Origin: Zootoca vivipara
Taxonomy: Eukaryota
DNA: 64,000 nt
NCBI RefSeq assembly: GCF_963506605.1
Contig: NC_083292.1
Span: 25,978,001-26,042,000 of the forward strand
Reading direction: 5' to 3'
Shown: piece by piece, positions 12,137 to 25,500 of the stretch
How the letters are laid out: every line of letters begins with the position of its first letter
How positions within the stretch are numbered: the stretch's first letter is position 1
Notes under the pieces: model-generated
What the model was told of the DNA's origin: nothing
Database searches by the model: none
The model's input: only the letters and a program-made list of their open reading frames with translations
Translations under genes and position numbers: made by a program

Positions 12137-12245
12137 ATGTCGCTCGCCATGAAAGCCCGGCAGAAGGTGAAGCGGAAGGGACAGGCCAAGGATCGGGTCT
12201 TTGGGTGTGACCTAATAGAGCATCTGCAGTTATCTGGCCGGGATG
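12137..12245 (+). CDS. ARHGAP30: ARHGAP30 coding exon 1
   Basis: MSLAMKARQKVKRKGQAKDRVFGCDLIEHLQLSGRD, donor G|gtaag; the second ATG (12149) aligns with the mammalian start. Confidence 0.9.
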
Positions 12246-15200
12246 GTAAGTGATTTGTCTTTTCGGAGGCCGGAAATGTCTTTGCCTGGTAGCCTCCGGC
12301 ATCCATTGCCCCCAGTAGGAAATGGTTTGAGAAAAGGGGTCCTGCGCCTCAAGGATGGCTCAGAACACCTTATTCGGCTTCAACAATGGGCTTGGGCTGG
12401 GCATCTAGAGGGGTCCCGCCATCTCCTTCCTGGCTGGCTCCAAGCACCACAGAGGCATCGAGAACTTTAACAAAGTGCTTTGTAAAAGCTTTTTGGAAGT
12501 TATTGAAATTGCAAATGAGTAACATTGACTGTGACATTGACACCTCCAAAACAAAACAAAAACTTGATTGTTTTTATTTATTTGAAACATTTTCAAAACC
12601 ACCCTTCATCCAATAGATTCCAGGACAATGCATGATGGCATAATATTATAATATATATTGTAAATTTATTTATTTTTCCCCTAAGGAGTCAAAGGTGACA
12701 ATATTATATTACTGTATATATTATATTATATTATATTATATTATATTATCCATTATGCAAGCACCTGAGAGGCTACAAAACTATTAATAACAGAGGCCAT
12801 TAAACCTGGGGAAAAGCTTAACCCAGAGATACAGCATCTGCTTTGCACGCAGAAGGACTCTGGTTCAATTCCTGGCATTTCCAGGCAGGATGGGGTGTCC
12901 CCCCCCTTCCAAAACCCTGGAGAGACACTGCTGAAATAGATGAACTAGGAGCTTGGCTCACTATGTACCTAACCAATTTAAAACACCTGGTCAAATTAAA
13001 AACATCTTAATCTTCTGGCACCAAAAAGATTGCAATCAGCACCTCCTTGGGGAGTGTATTCCAAACTTGGTGGGGTATCATGGATTTGTGGGAGCCCACA
13101 TAGGAGACTGCCATGGGTATCTGTCTCCTGGTCCATCAGCAACACACACAAAACCCCCCAAAGCAGTACCAAGAGGAGGGGGGGAGTACCACCCAGCATG
13201 ATTTTGTGCCCAGTTTTCCTTTTTTTAATATATATATGTATTATTTATCTATAATATTTGTGCCCTGGCAGGAGTGCCAGCTTGGCCTCATGACTGTGGG
13301 TGCCCGGGGCCATGGGTGCCATGCAGCGTGCATGGCCCTGGCACTTAAAGTTGTGGGTGTCCGGCACCTTCAAGGGGAATTTTGTGGGTACTCGGGCACC
13401 CAGGGCCTCAGGGAGTTGGCACCTATGTGCCCTGGCCTTCTAATTCCCCCCTCTCCCTCAGAAAAGAAATCACAGATCAGCTTCTAAAATGTTACTATAA
13501 TAAAACATCAGATTATTTTTTTTTAAAGGATCAGCATAAATGTAAAACTAAATAGTATAAAACAAAGGGTGTTTGAAGCATTTTCAGATAGTAAGAATGA
13601 ACGGCCATGCTAATCTCAACATCCTCGTTCGCTAAAAGCAGATACAAATGTTTTAACTTGGTGCCTAAAGATAGAAGGTTGAACAATACATCTTCCTACC
13701 TAGAATGGCCTGGTGAGCCAAATGGGGTGGGCTGGTGGGCCAAGAATGGCTCATGGTGTAGAAATTGCACACTTCTGTCTCAGTGCATAGGCAGGCACGG
13801 GAAGAGATGGACTGTCCTTCAGGTATCCTGGTCCCAAGGTGTGAAGGACTTTTAAAGCTCAGAGCCAGCATTTTGAATTGATCCCAGAAGCAGACCAGGA
13901 GCCAGAGCAGCTGGCCCGGCACTAGCAGACCCCCCAAGTATCCCTATTTTCCAGGGACAGTCCCGGATTTACAGAAGCCGTCCCTGTTTCGGATGTGATC
14001 CCAGAACGTTCCCACTTTTCCCAAGGCTGTCCCTATTTTCATCGGAGAAATGTTGGCGGGTATGGTAGGACGTCCCTATTTTCATTGGAGAGTATGGAGT
14101 TATGTGAACCCTGAGTCAAGGAGATACAACTTTGAGAAGACATCTGAAGGCAGCCCTGTATGTTGTTGTTGTTTAGTCGTTTAGTCGTGTCCGACTCTTC
14201 GTGACCCCATGGACCATAGCACGCCAGGCACTCCTGTCTTGCACTGCCTCCCGCGGTTTGGTCAAACTCATGTTCGTAGCTTCAAGAACACTGTCCAACC
14301 ATCTTGTCCTCTGTCGTCCCCTTCTCCTAGTGCCCTCAATCTTTCCCAACATCAGGGTCTTTTCCAAGGATTCTTCTCTTCTCATGAAGTGGCCAAAGTA
14401 TTGGAGCCTCAGCTTCACGATCTGTCCTTCCAGGGAGCACTCAGGGCTGATTTCCTTAAGAATGGATAGGTTTGATCTTCTTGCAGTCCATGGGACTCTC
14501 AAGAGTCTCCTCCAGCACCATAATTCAGGTTTTAAAAAATATTTAATGTTTTATTATGTTTTTATTTATGTTGGAAGCTGCCCAGAGTGCAACCTAGTCG
14601 GATGGGTGAGATATACCGTATTTTTCTGTCTATAAGACGCCCCCATGTATAAGACGCCCCCTATTTTGAGGGACTCCGATTTAAGAAAATGGAGGGAGAT
14701 ATTATCTGTGTATAAGATGAGCCCAGATTTTGAACATTATTTTAGAGTAAAAAACCATACATGGAAAAGTACGGTACATAATAAAATTATTGTTATTGTG
14801 GAATAAAGGTAAAGGGACCCCTGACCATTAGGTCCAGTTGTGACCGACTCTGGGGTTGCGGCGCTCATCTCGCGTTATTGGCTGAGCTTCCAGGTCATGT
14901 GGCCAGGATGACTAAGCCGCTTCTGGCGAACCAGAGCAGCGCATGGAAACGCCATTTACCTTCCCGCTGTAGCGGTAGCTATTTATCTACTTGCACTTTG
15001 ACGTGCTTTTGAACTGCTAGGTTGGCAGGAGCTGGGACCGAGCAATGGGAACTCACCCCGTCACGGGGATTCGAACCGCCGACCTTCTGATCGGCAAGCC
15101 CGAGGCTCTGTGGTTTAACCCACAGCGCCACCCATTGTGGAATAGGACGTCCCTATTTCCATCAGTGAAATGCTGGAGGATATTCCCTAGCATAATAGGA

Positions 15201-16786
15201 TCATAATATCCAGGCCTGGTCAGCAACCTAGGAAGCTATATTCTGAACTGAAGTTAGTATTGTATCTGAACAGTCTGTAATTCCTCACAGTACTCTAATC
15301 TGGAAGTTACTGGAGCCTGGAGCCTACCTCTGCCCATGTTAGGGTTGTAGCTGGCATACCAGCCTAAGATGGGCAATATAGGAAACAGTATTGGGGTTTA
15401 TCCACACTTACCTTTCCTCCATTCTTTTCTTTTCTATATATAAGTTTATTTATTTTGTTTTTCAAATTAACTTTTTACACTCACATATCCAACGTACATC
15501 ATAAAATCAAGATTCCATAGAATCTCCTGGACTTCCCTCCTCCCCTTTGTGGGTCCTATTGTTAGTCATTTCCTCCTGCATCTTTTATGATAATCCAAAT
15601 CCTTTTCCTCTCCATTATATCCAAAATTCACCATGAAACTACAGGTGTCATTCCAATCCTACTAACGATTTTAACTGTTTACGATGATTCTTCAGATAAA
15701 TTATAAATTCCCCCCGTTCCTTATTAAAAATTCTGGTCTTCCTGATTTCTGGTTCTTACGGTCATTTTTGCCATTTCAGCATAATCCAGCAATTTAATCT
15801 GCCACTCTTCGCTGGTCAGGACTTCTTTCCATCTTTGGGCCAATAACATCTGCGCAGCTGTGGTCGCATACATAAATAATCTTTTCTGCTCCATTGGGAT
15901 TTCAGCACCTAGAATTCCTAAGAGAAAGGCTTCAGGATTTTTTTTAAAGAATAAATTATTTTAAACATGAAAATGTTCTTCCACTCTTTTTCAGGCATGA
16001 TTCACGCTTAAAGATTCTAGGGCCAAGCATTTTCTATTTTGCCCCGGAGCCTTCCTTTTGCAAACTTGCTCTTTAAAGCTCAATCAGAGGAAATGGCAAG
16101 CCATAGAAAACCCAAATGAATGTTTGCTCTGATTGAGAGCTAAAGAGCGGGTTTTCACAGGGAAGGTTTGGGGCAGGGGGGGCTGGGAACGCTCAGACAT
16201 GGAACTTTTAAACACAGCCCTGTGCCTGGGAAGTGCAGAGCAAAGGTTAAGTGTGGATAAGCCCTTATACTAACTGATTCAGAGCATAAGAACCTGTTGG
16301 GTCAAGCCAATGGCCCATCTAGTCTCAGGGTTTGGTTCTCACATTGGCCAACCAGATACCTGTGAGAAACCAGTAAGTAGGATCTGACCACATGTGCCCT
16401 CTCCCCTCCTGTGGTTTCCAGCGACTGGTCTTCAGAAGCATTACTGCCTGTGACCGTGGAGGCACAGCACAGACATCTGTGCTAGTAGCCATTAATGGCC
16501 ATTTTCTATGTGTGTGTTTTTCTAATCCTCTCTTAAATCCACCTGAATTGGTGGTCATCACTGCCTCCTGTGGGGGCAAGTGTGAAGAAGTAGCGTATTT
16601 TTCCGTGTATAACACGACCCCTATTTTGGGGGACTCCCCCATGTGCACTATCCGTGTATAAGATGACCCCCAATTTGAAACTTGAAAAAATAGGGTGGAA
16701 ATATAGTCTTATACACTGAAAAATACGGTACTTTCTTTTCTCTGATTCTTCCAACATTCTGCTTCCTTGGATGTCCACAGGCTCTA

Positions 16787-16845
<59 letters not shown>

Positions 16846-19800
16846 TTATTTATACCCCGCCCATCTGGCTGGGTTTCCCCAGCCACTCTGGGCGGCTTCC
16901 AACAGAAAAATAAAACACAATAATCTATTAAACATTAAAAGCCTCCCTGAACAGGGCTGCCTTCAGATGTCTTCTAAAAGTCTGGTAGTTGTTTTCCTCT
17001 TTGATAAGGCCCTCTGCCTAGTTCCCTGCAACTTGGCTTCTCGCAATGAGGGAACCGCCAGAAGGCCCACAGTGCTGGACCTCAGTGTCCGGGCAAAATG
17101 ATGGAGGTGGAGACGCTCCTTCATGTATACTGGACCGAGTGTCATGAGAAAATCTTTTCTGTATCCACTTTCTCCATGCCAGGTGTCATTTTATAAACCG
17201 CTGTCTTGTCGCCTCTCGCTTGTCTTTTCTCTAAGCGCTTGGTCCACCTAGCTCGGTGTTGCTTGCACAGACTGGCAGCAGCTCTCCAGGCAGCGGACAT
17301 TCCCAGCCCTACTTGGAGGTGCCGGGGATTGAACCTGGGGCCTTCTGCGTGCAAAACATATGCGCTACCTACTGAGCTATGGCAAAAGGGTCTCCATACC
17401 GAAGAGACAATCTGTACCTCCAGTGTGTAAAATGGGTAAAGGGGTATAGACACCTGTTCCTTCAGACGGAGGGCAATCTCATCTAAAACAGGGCAGGCAT
17501 CATTCACCTGGCAGGTAAAAAAAACAACCCACCCTGGGGTCTCTATTGCATCACCTGGCATGAGGTTTTAGAAGCAAGAGGCAGCAAAGAAGCAAAGACC
17601 CAGTGGAAAACTCCACTCGAGTCCCCCCCCTCTCTCTCTCTCTCTCTCTCATGCTTCTGAGATCTGTGAGCTGTCAGATCAGGGGCTGGTAGGGTATGAG
17701 ACACACAGGAAGTGAGCTGTGGGGAGCAAGCGGTGTTCTGGTGTTCTTGTTTGAATTTGCAAGAGGAGGGGAGGGGAAGGGAGGCGGCCCGTGCAACTTC
17801 CTTGTTTTGCTGGTCCAATTTTGGCGATTGCATCAATTAGGTGCTTGAGCAAGCGAGAGAAGACACAACAAGCAACAGTGGCAGAGCATGCCGGAGGCTG
17901 CTACTTAATACTATTAGTAGTACTATCATTATCATTATTTATTTATTGCATTCAGGGCCGTCTTAAGCATATCCGGCGCTGTGGTGCAGAGATCCCTCTG
18001 GTGCCTCACCCTCCGTTTCCCAGAGTTGTCAACCAAGCCTCTGCAGGGATCGATCTCCTCCCGCGGGAGCTTGGGAAGGAAGCTGCATGCCCGCCAGCCA
18101 TATAGTTGGCAGGGCACAGCTGGCGGGTGTGCAGAAGGGAAAGGGGAGGCCGCTGGCAAAGCCGCGCTGCTCCCCCACTTGCTAGGGCGCCCCTGAGAGG
18201 CCGGCACCCTGGTGCAACGCGCCAGTAAACCCAATGGGAAAGACGGCTCTGATTGCATTGATATTCCACCTTTCCCCCAAAGAGCTCATACAGTGATGGC
18301 TACCAACTTTGATGGTTTAAAAGAGGAGCAGGCAAATTAATGGAGGAGAGGGCTATCGATGGCTATTAGCCACAATGGCTCGGCTCTGCCTGCACAGTTG
18401 GAGGCAGCAATGCTTTTTAAGGCCAGTTGCTGGAAACCACAGGAGGGGAGAAGGCTCATGTGCTTGGGTCCTGCTTGCAAATTTCTCTCAGGCTTCCTGC
18501 TGGCCACTGTGGGAACAGGATGCTGGTCTAGATCCAGCCCTTTGGCCTGATCCAGTAGGCTCTTATTATATCCTTACGGCTTTTATATTGTTCTTCCCCT
18601 CCTCATTTCATTCCCACAACAACCCTGTGAGGTAGGTCAAGCTGAGAGGCAGTGACTGGGCCAAGGTCACCCAGTGAGCTTCAAAGCTGAGTGGGTATTT
18701 CCACCCCGGTCTCTCCCAGGTCCTACCTAGTCCAGGCATCCCCAAACTTCGGCCCTCCAGATGTTTTGGACTACAATTCCCATCTTCCCCGACCACTGGT
18801 CCGGTTAGCTAGGGATCATGGGAGTTGTAGGCCAAAACATCTGGAGGGCCGCAGTTTGGGGATGCCTGTAGTCTAACCCTAAATGCCTGCATACATTCCC
18901 AGGGCTTAGGTGGAAGAAAACTTGGAAACGGTTGAGGTTGAGGTCTCTAGTTGAAACTGTAAACTATAGGAAAACTAGACAGCAAGTGCCTCAAAAGGAC
19001 GGGCAAAGGCAAAGGTTATCTGTTGAACACACATACCAAAATGCTGTAACCTTTCCAAAGAGAAAAGTTAGGCAATCCTTGCCTAATATTTATGTACCCA
19101 TTTAATATGCAAGCTCCCTAAGCACAAAACGCAGTAAGATAATTAGAACAAGAAAAAGGAAAATGCATATGCATCATTTGAAACAAAAAATACAAAGATA
19201 AACGTAAGTAAAAATGAGAAGCTATCAGTAAAACATTCAGTTAAATATCAGTAAGGCATCAGCTGCGTGCTCAGCCAGGCCAAATGGTCCCCTAAACCAC
19301 CCAAGTCCGTCCTGGATGCTTTGTAGTTACTTCTCTGCAGGGAGCTTCAGTCTCCAATGCAGAAGGTATGAGTGTGTTTTTCAGCCCAAGAGAAATTTGC
19401 AGGGAACTTTCAGCCCTTTGTATGGAAAGTCCCAGGGGCCTCATGTTTGTGGTGGGCAGGGCCGGAGGCATTAGTGGGCGCTGAGGAGCAGCTGTTATGG
19501 CTGCTGCGTCTGCATCCCTGACCCATCCTCTGAGGAGGAGGTTCAGGGAAGAGACACTGATGCAGAATATGTCCCTGTTTTCATCTGAGGAGTGTTGTGG
19601 GACATGGGATTCTGAGTCAGACCACTGGTCCATGCAACTCAGTGCTGTCTACACTGACTGGCAGCGGCTCTCCAGAGTTTCAGACAGGGAGCCTTTTCCC
19701 AGCCTTGCTTGGACATGCCAGAGATTGGACCTGGCACAGGTTGTACTTAAAGCAGGTGTTCAACCGCTGAGCTGTGGCCCTTCCCTTTGTGCATCTTCCC

Positions 19801-22501
19801 ACTGCCTATTAGTATTAGTATTGTTATTATCTACACATTAACATACCGCCCTCCCTCTCAGCAGAGCCCAAGGCAGTGAGCAGCATAATAACTGGTATAC
19901 AACAATTGTACGCCATAATTTTACTGCCTCTGGGCATGCCCAAATTCACGCGAGGCCTTTCCATCATTTGATCTCCATACCAAGAAAAAAGCTTCACTTG
20001 CTAAGTCTCTGCACTGCTGTTAAAGGCAGAGGAGCAGGGCACATAAAACAGGTGGCAACCGTAGTTGAATACAGCTCATCTCTCCCACCCAGCACCCAAC
20101 ATTTATATCACCTCTGTAAAGCAAGGCATGTTTGCACAAAAGCTTCGGGGGAGCAGCTACTGTCCGTACGGGAGAAGCAGACCCCTGCTCTTGTTCTCCC
20201 AGGCTCCTGCAGGCCCTCTCTAGCAGAAGGACGGGATAGGGTTTACACCGGGGGTGGTGTGCTCTTGAGCAAGCTCCCTTTTTATGTCATGACATGCTCT
20301 AATCCAGTCCTCCGGGCGTTGCATGTGGGCTACTGTCAGGGTTTATACAACCACTCCGCTTTCCGGGAAAACGTTCAAGGAAGAGCGATAGGAGGCGTGT
20401 AATGAGCACAATTAGATGGTATCTGTTAATGACAGGGCTGCTTTTGGCACACCTGGGCTGTTGCTTCGCAATCGGGGGGGGGGGACAATCAGCAGGAGCA
20501 GATCTCCCAAAGACAAGGTGTCACTTTTCTAGGCACGCATACCTGAGATGGTCCTTGCCAGTTACATTAACCGGGTGGAGCTGCCAGGATGGAGCTGGTA
20601 GATTCCTAGGAAGCTCAAACCCTGCAGCAATCTCACAGATGAAAATAAGAAACCTCCATACCTTCTGTCTCTAACACTGAAGTTTTTGATTGCAGCAACT
20701 CCCCTATGAGGAAAGGTTGCAGCGTTTGGGGGCTTTTGAGTTTTGGCGAAAGGGTGAGTAAGAGGTGACATAGAAGTTTATAAAATTCTGCACGGCATGA
20801 GGAAAGCTTTCCTCCCTCTCTCATAACACTGGAACTCGTGGACATCCAAGGAAGCGGAATGCTGGAAGATTCAGGACAGAGAAAAGAAAGGATTTCACAC
20901 AGTGCTTAAACTGTTAAATTTGTTCCCAAAAGATGTGGTGATGGCTTTAAAAGAGGATGGGATATGTTCATGGAGGAGAAAACAGCTGATTGCTACTAGA
21001 CATGATGGCGATATTCTGCCTCCACAATTGAAAACGGTAGTGCTTCTGAAAAGCAGTAGCTGGAAATGGCAGGAGAGGAGTGTGTGCTTAGGCTCTGGTC
21101 CTGCTAGTGACATCTGGTTTGCCGCTGTGAAAACAGGATGCTGGACTAGATGGACCCTGGGTCTGATCCTGCAGGCCCTTCTTATGTTCTTTTGTTCCTC
21201 CTGTCTGCTGTATCCATTGAATTTGTAATAGCATTGCCGTCCATTGATCTAATAGCCAGTAGAATAATTGTTCTTTTGGTTAAAGGTGCATTGAGATGGC
21301 TCTTTTGGTTAACGGTGCATGTTATCAACAGTCCAAAAAGTGCCATGCACACAGATTTGGAGGCATATGCCCTCTAGCTGCATGAAATTAGGGATGGGTT
21401 GAGCAGCTAATTCTGTGGGCTCATCCACACATCCTTTTGTGCCATGTTTCTAGACACAGGTCCAGGCTTTTCCAGAATTTCTTGTGAGGAAAGTGCTTTG
21501 AAAGCGATAGCTCTGTGAGGTGAATAGAGGCCTCCTAACCACTGTCAGAACAAACTACAGCTCCCAGGATTCTTTGGAGGGAAAGCCATGTGACATGTTT
21601 ATAGTGGTGTCAGAGTGCTTTCAATGCATGGTATGGCTTTGGCCCAGGTGGGAAGGAGGAGGGTAAGTGAAAGAGGCTGTTTAAAGTGGCATCGTAGTGC
21701 TTTAAATGAGTGGTGTGAACACGGCATGAATGAGGCAGGGCACTTCTAAGCACATGTTGCTGGGGAGGAAACAGTGGGGAAGGCCCTATTTGCAGTGGAG
21801 CATAGCCTCTGGACATCCCTGTGGGATTGCTGAGAACCTTGTTGTGGTACCTTAAAGACATATCAAGGTATTATTCCAAGAGCTTTCCTGAGCTAAAGTC
21901 CATGACGACAGACCCATGAAGTAATAACCTTCACTCGCAAGTACAGTTGACTTGCAGCTTACAAGAGGGTTGTGTTCTGGGGACAGTGTGTAAACCAACC
22001 CTTAAAAAAACCGTAAAAAGACTCTCTGACCACCTCTGCACTCTCTCCAAAGGCCGCTACAGATTCTCTCTGCGCCTCTGAACGCAGAGGTAGAAGGAGG
22101 GGAGCAAAAAGTGGGGAAGGGTTGCATCTAGAATAGGTCATTTCTTTACATCTAGAATATGTCGTTTCTTGGAAGCGCATTCTTAAAAACTGCTATACAG
22201 TTGCTTAGCTGAGAGCTTCAGTTCTCCTTCTGTGTGCATTTTGCTTCCTGTCTCTGCTTCGGAAATGAAATCACCCAGGGACTCCACCCAGACATCTACC
22301 CTTGATGAGAAAGTGTGTGTGTGTATGTCTCCACACTTGCCCATTGCACATCAGATCTATTTTGTTTCCCTATTAAGTGTAGATCTTGACATTAGAGGCC
22401 CAGCGGACAATGTTTGATGGATTTCTGTATTTTAATAATTTGTTGGAAGCTGCCCAGAGTGGCTGGGGGAACCCGGCCAGATGGGCGGGGTATAAATAAT
22501 A

Positions 22502-22551
<50 letters not shown>

Positions 22552-25500
22552 GTTAACTGGGTTCCAAGCATCTCCAAGCCTGCCCATCTCTGAAACTAGA
22601 ATGGATTTCTGATCCATTCGAGATCCCCATAAAAAAGCAAACACAAGCAAGTTTTGTATTTTTAATTTTTCAGTTGGTTTGTTTACTGGTACCTTCCCTA
22701 CCTCATAAAGGAGCTATTTCAGATATGCACAGGCCACTTCTTCCAGCTACTCAAAGGAGCTATGTTGTTTAAAATCATATAAAATCAGTGTGGTAACAAA
22801 ATCATGAAACAAAACTGCAATCGTGTTTTAAAACAGCCCTGAATCTACTAAATCAACCTGCCTGCAAATCCCCCTGCCGCAAAAATAAATTAGTCCCAAC
22901 AGTAAACAGTAAAAGGCAGGCTTCTCACCTCACACATAGTTCGCCTCTTTCCTGTTTATACCCTCACAACAAACCTGTGAGGTTGGTTAGGCTGAGAGAC
23001 TGTGAATAAGCTAAAGGCCACCCAGTGAGCTTCATGGCCAAATGGGGATTTGAACCTTGGTCTCCCAGGTCCTAGTTTGACTCTAACCACTGCACCACAC
23101 TAGCTATACAGTGGTACCTCGCTAGACGAATGCCCTGCTAGACGAATTTTTCACTAGACGAATGGGTTTTGCGATCGGAGGTTGCCTCGCAAGACGAATT
23201 CGTTTTGTGAAAAATTCATCTAGCGAATCGCGGTTTCCCATAGGAATGAATTGAAGTTCAATTAATGCATTCCTATGGGCAAAAAATAAAAATAAAAAAA
23301 TTCAATGCATTCCTATGGGATTCGCAAGATGAATTTTTTGCAAAAAGAATTGACTCACAGAACGAATTAAATTCGTCTTGCAAGGCTCCACTGTATTACC
23401 CTTTCTGTCAGGGATTTGGAGATTTTTTTTTTTAACTGTTCAATCTTATTTCCGGTGGGTAAACCCAAATCAACTGGTGAATATTTAGACAGGGGGCGTG
23501 GGTTTTGTTGTTGCTACTTATCCCTGCAATGGACTTCCCCCAAAGAATTCTGGAAACTGTGGTTGCTCCTCAGAGATTTACAATTCCCAGTGTCATTAAC
23601 AGCGCCCAGAATTCTTTGGGGGAAAGTCATGTGTTTTGGATGTGTGTTGGATGTGCTTCAAATGTATGGTGTCGAGCTGCCCTGTGGCTGTCCAGAATGG
23701 AGGTCCCTTTGGTGGTGGGCCCCAGGAGGCCCCACGGCCAGCCCTGCAGGGTGGTGATGATGCCAGCCCTCCCGGGAACAACAGCAAGCTGCCTTTCAGG
23801 GCGATTTCGGCCATCTGTCAAGAGGCACCGCCATTCCCCAGGCTGACTCTCAACCCTTTCCCAGTTCCTCAGGTTCTGAAGAGCTGCACAGAGTTTGTGG
23901 AGAAGCACGGAATCGTGGATGGGATCTACCGGCTGTCGGGAGGTTCCTCGAACATCCAGAAGCTGAGGTAAAAGCCTGCCGGCATTATTCATGTGTGGTA
24001 CCCACTGCCGGAAAATGTGGTGCTGGAGTCGCCAGCTTAGATGGCTTTCAAAAAAGGATTTTTTTTGGAAATTTATGAAGAGGAGCAGTGGGTATCATCT
24101 GAAGGCTGTAAGCTGTGATCCATAAATGGAACATCCCTGCCCAAAAGCAGCCTACCTGGAATCACAGCTTAAGAATCCAACCTCCAACAATGGATAATCT
24201 ACCACCTTCTGAGGGAGTCCGATCCATTGTCTTACAGCTCTTGCCATCAGAAAGCTCTTCCTAATATTTAGCCGGGATCTCCTTTCTGGTCATTTGAATC
24301 CATTGCTTCAGGTCCTGCCCTCTGGAGCAGCAGAAAGCAAGCTTGCTCCATCTCCCATGTGACAGCCCTTCCGATAGTCCAGATCTTCTGGTGTTACTAT
24401 ATATTCCACTGACTTTTTCCTTCCTCCCCTTCCTGGCCCTTTGCAGGTTGGAATTTGACAACGACCGGGGCTCGCCTGACCTCAACTTGTACCTCCAGGA
24501 CATCCACTGCGTGAGCTCGCTCTGCAAAGCCTACTTCAGGGAGCTGCCCAACCCGCTCCTCACCTATCAGCTCTATGATAAGTTTGCTGTGAGTATGGCT
24601 GACCCAGGGCATATTTCGCACTAAGGGCCTTCACTCTAGGGCAGGCCAAAGGCCACATTATCTTCTGCGGAACCTTCTAAGAGCCATATGCCAATAGTGG
24701 GTGGGGCCAAGGGCAGATGTGGGCAGGACAACAGGTTTAAATTTCAGCTTTGAACAGTAGGCTAGTTTCTACACCCACCCAGCTCTGCCTCAAGCAAGAG
24801 TCATGGAATTACAGCGTTGGAAGGGACTCCAAGAGTCATCTAGTCCTCCCTCCCTCCCTGTAAGTCATTATCAGAGATCAAGGACAGATTCCAGCCAAGC
24901 AGAAGGAGGCAAAGCAGGGCCAGTGAGGGATGTGGCTTGGGAGAGGAGGTGTGGCCTGGGGAGATTCCCGAGGGCCAGAAAGAGAGTCCTGAAGGGCCGC
25001 ATTCGGCCCCCGGGTGTGAGGTTCCCTGTTCCCTGCCCTAATACAGTACATATAAAGTGTTGCTTTGTTGTGCTCACCAATACAGCAGTTTCCATGTGCT
25101 TTCAATGTGCATTGGACGTGCTTTAAATATACGGTGTGGATCTACCCTTATTGTGTATAGATTTGCATGCTTCTAATTGAATCATCAAATTGTAGAGTTG
25201 GAAGGGACCCAAAGGCTCATCTAGTCCAACCCCCTGCAATGCAATGGCAACTGTGGCTCAGGTCTGGCAGATGACTGTACCCGATATCCAAAATTATCTG
25301 CTTTCAACGTTTGGTATTGCATGGCAGGGTGGGAGGCATGCTGTGGAATTGAGCAGACAAAATGGTGAGTTGAGTACCTCTTTCCTCTCTCCCACTTCAC
25401 CCAGGATGCTGTGGCCATCCAGATGGAAGAGGGCCGGCTGGAAAAGATCAAGGATGTGCTGAAGGAACTCCCAGCGCCCCACTACAGGTACCTGCAAGGG

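Noticed and set aside
11589-12302. 237-aa minus-strand ORF
   Set aside because: Antisense to the ARHGAP30 promoter and exon 1, with no recognisable domain; likely a GC-rich chance ORF.
19468-19481. CTCF-like site GCATTAGTGGGCGC
   Set aside because: Several mismatches to the consensus; cannot be supported without scoring or ChIP data.
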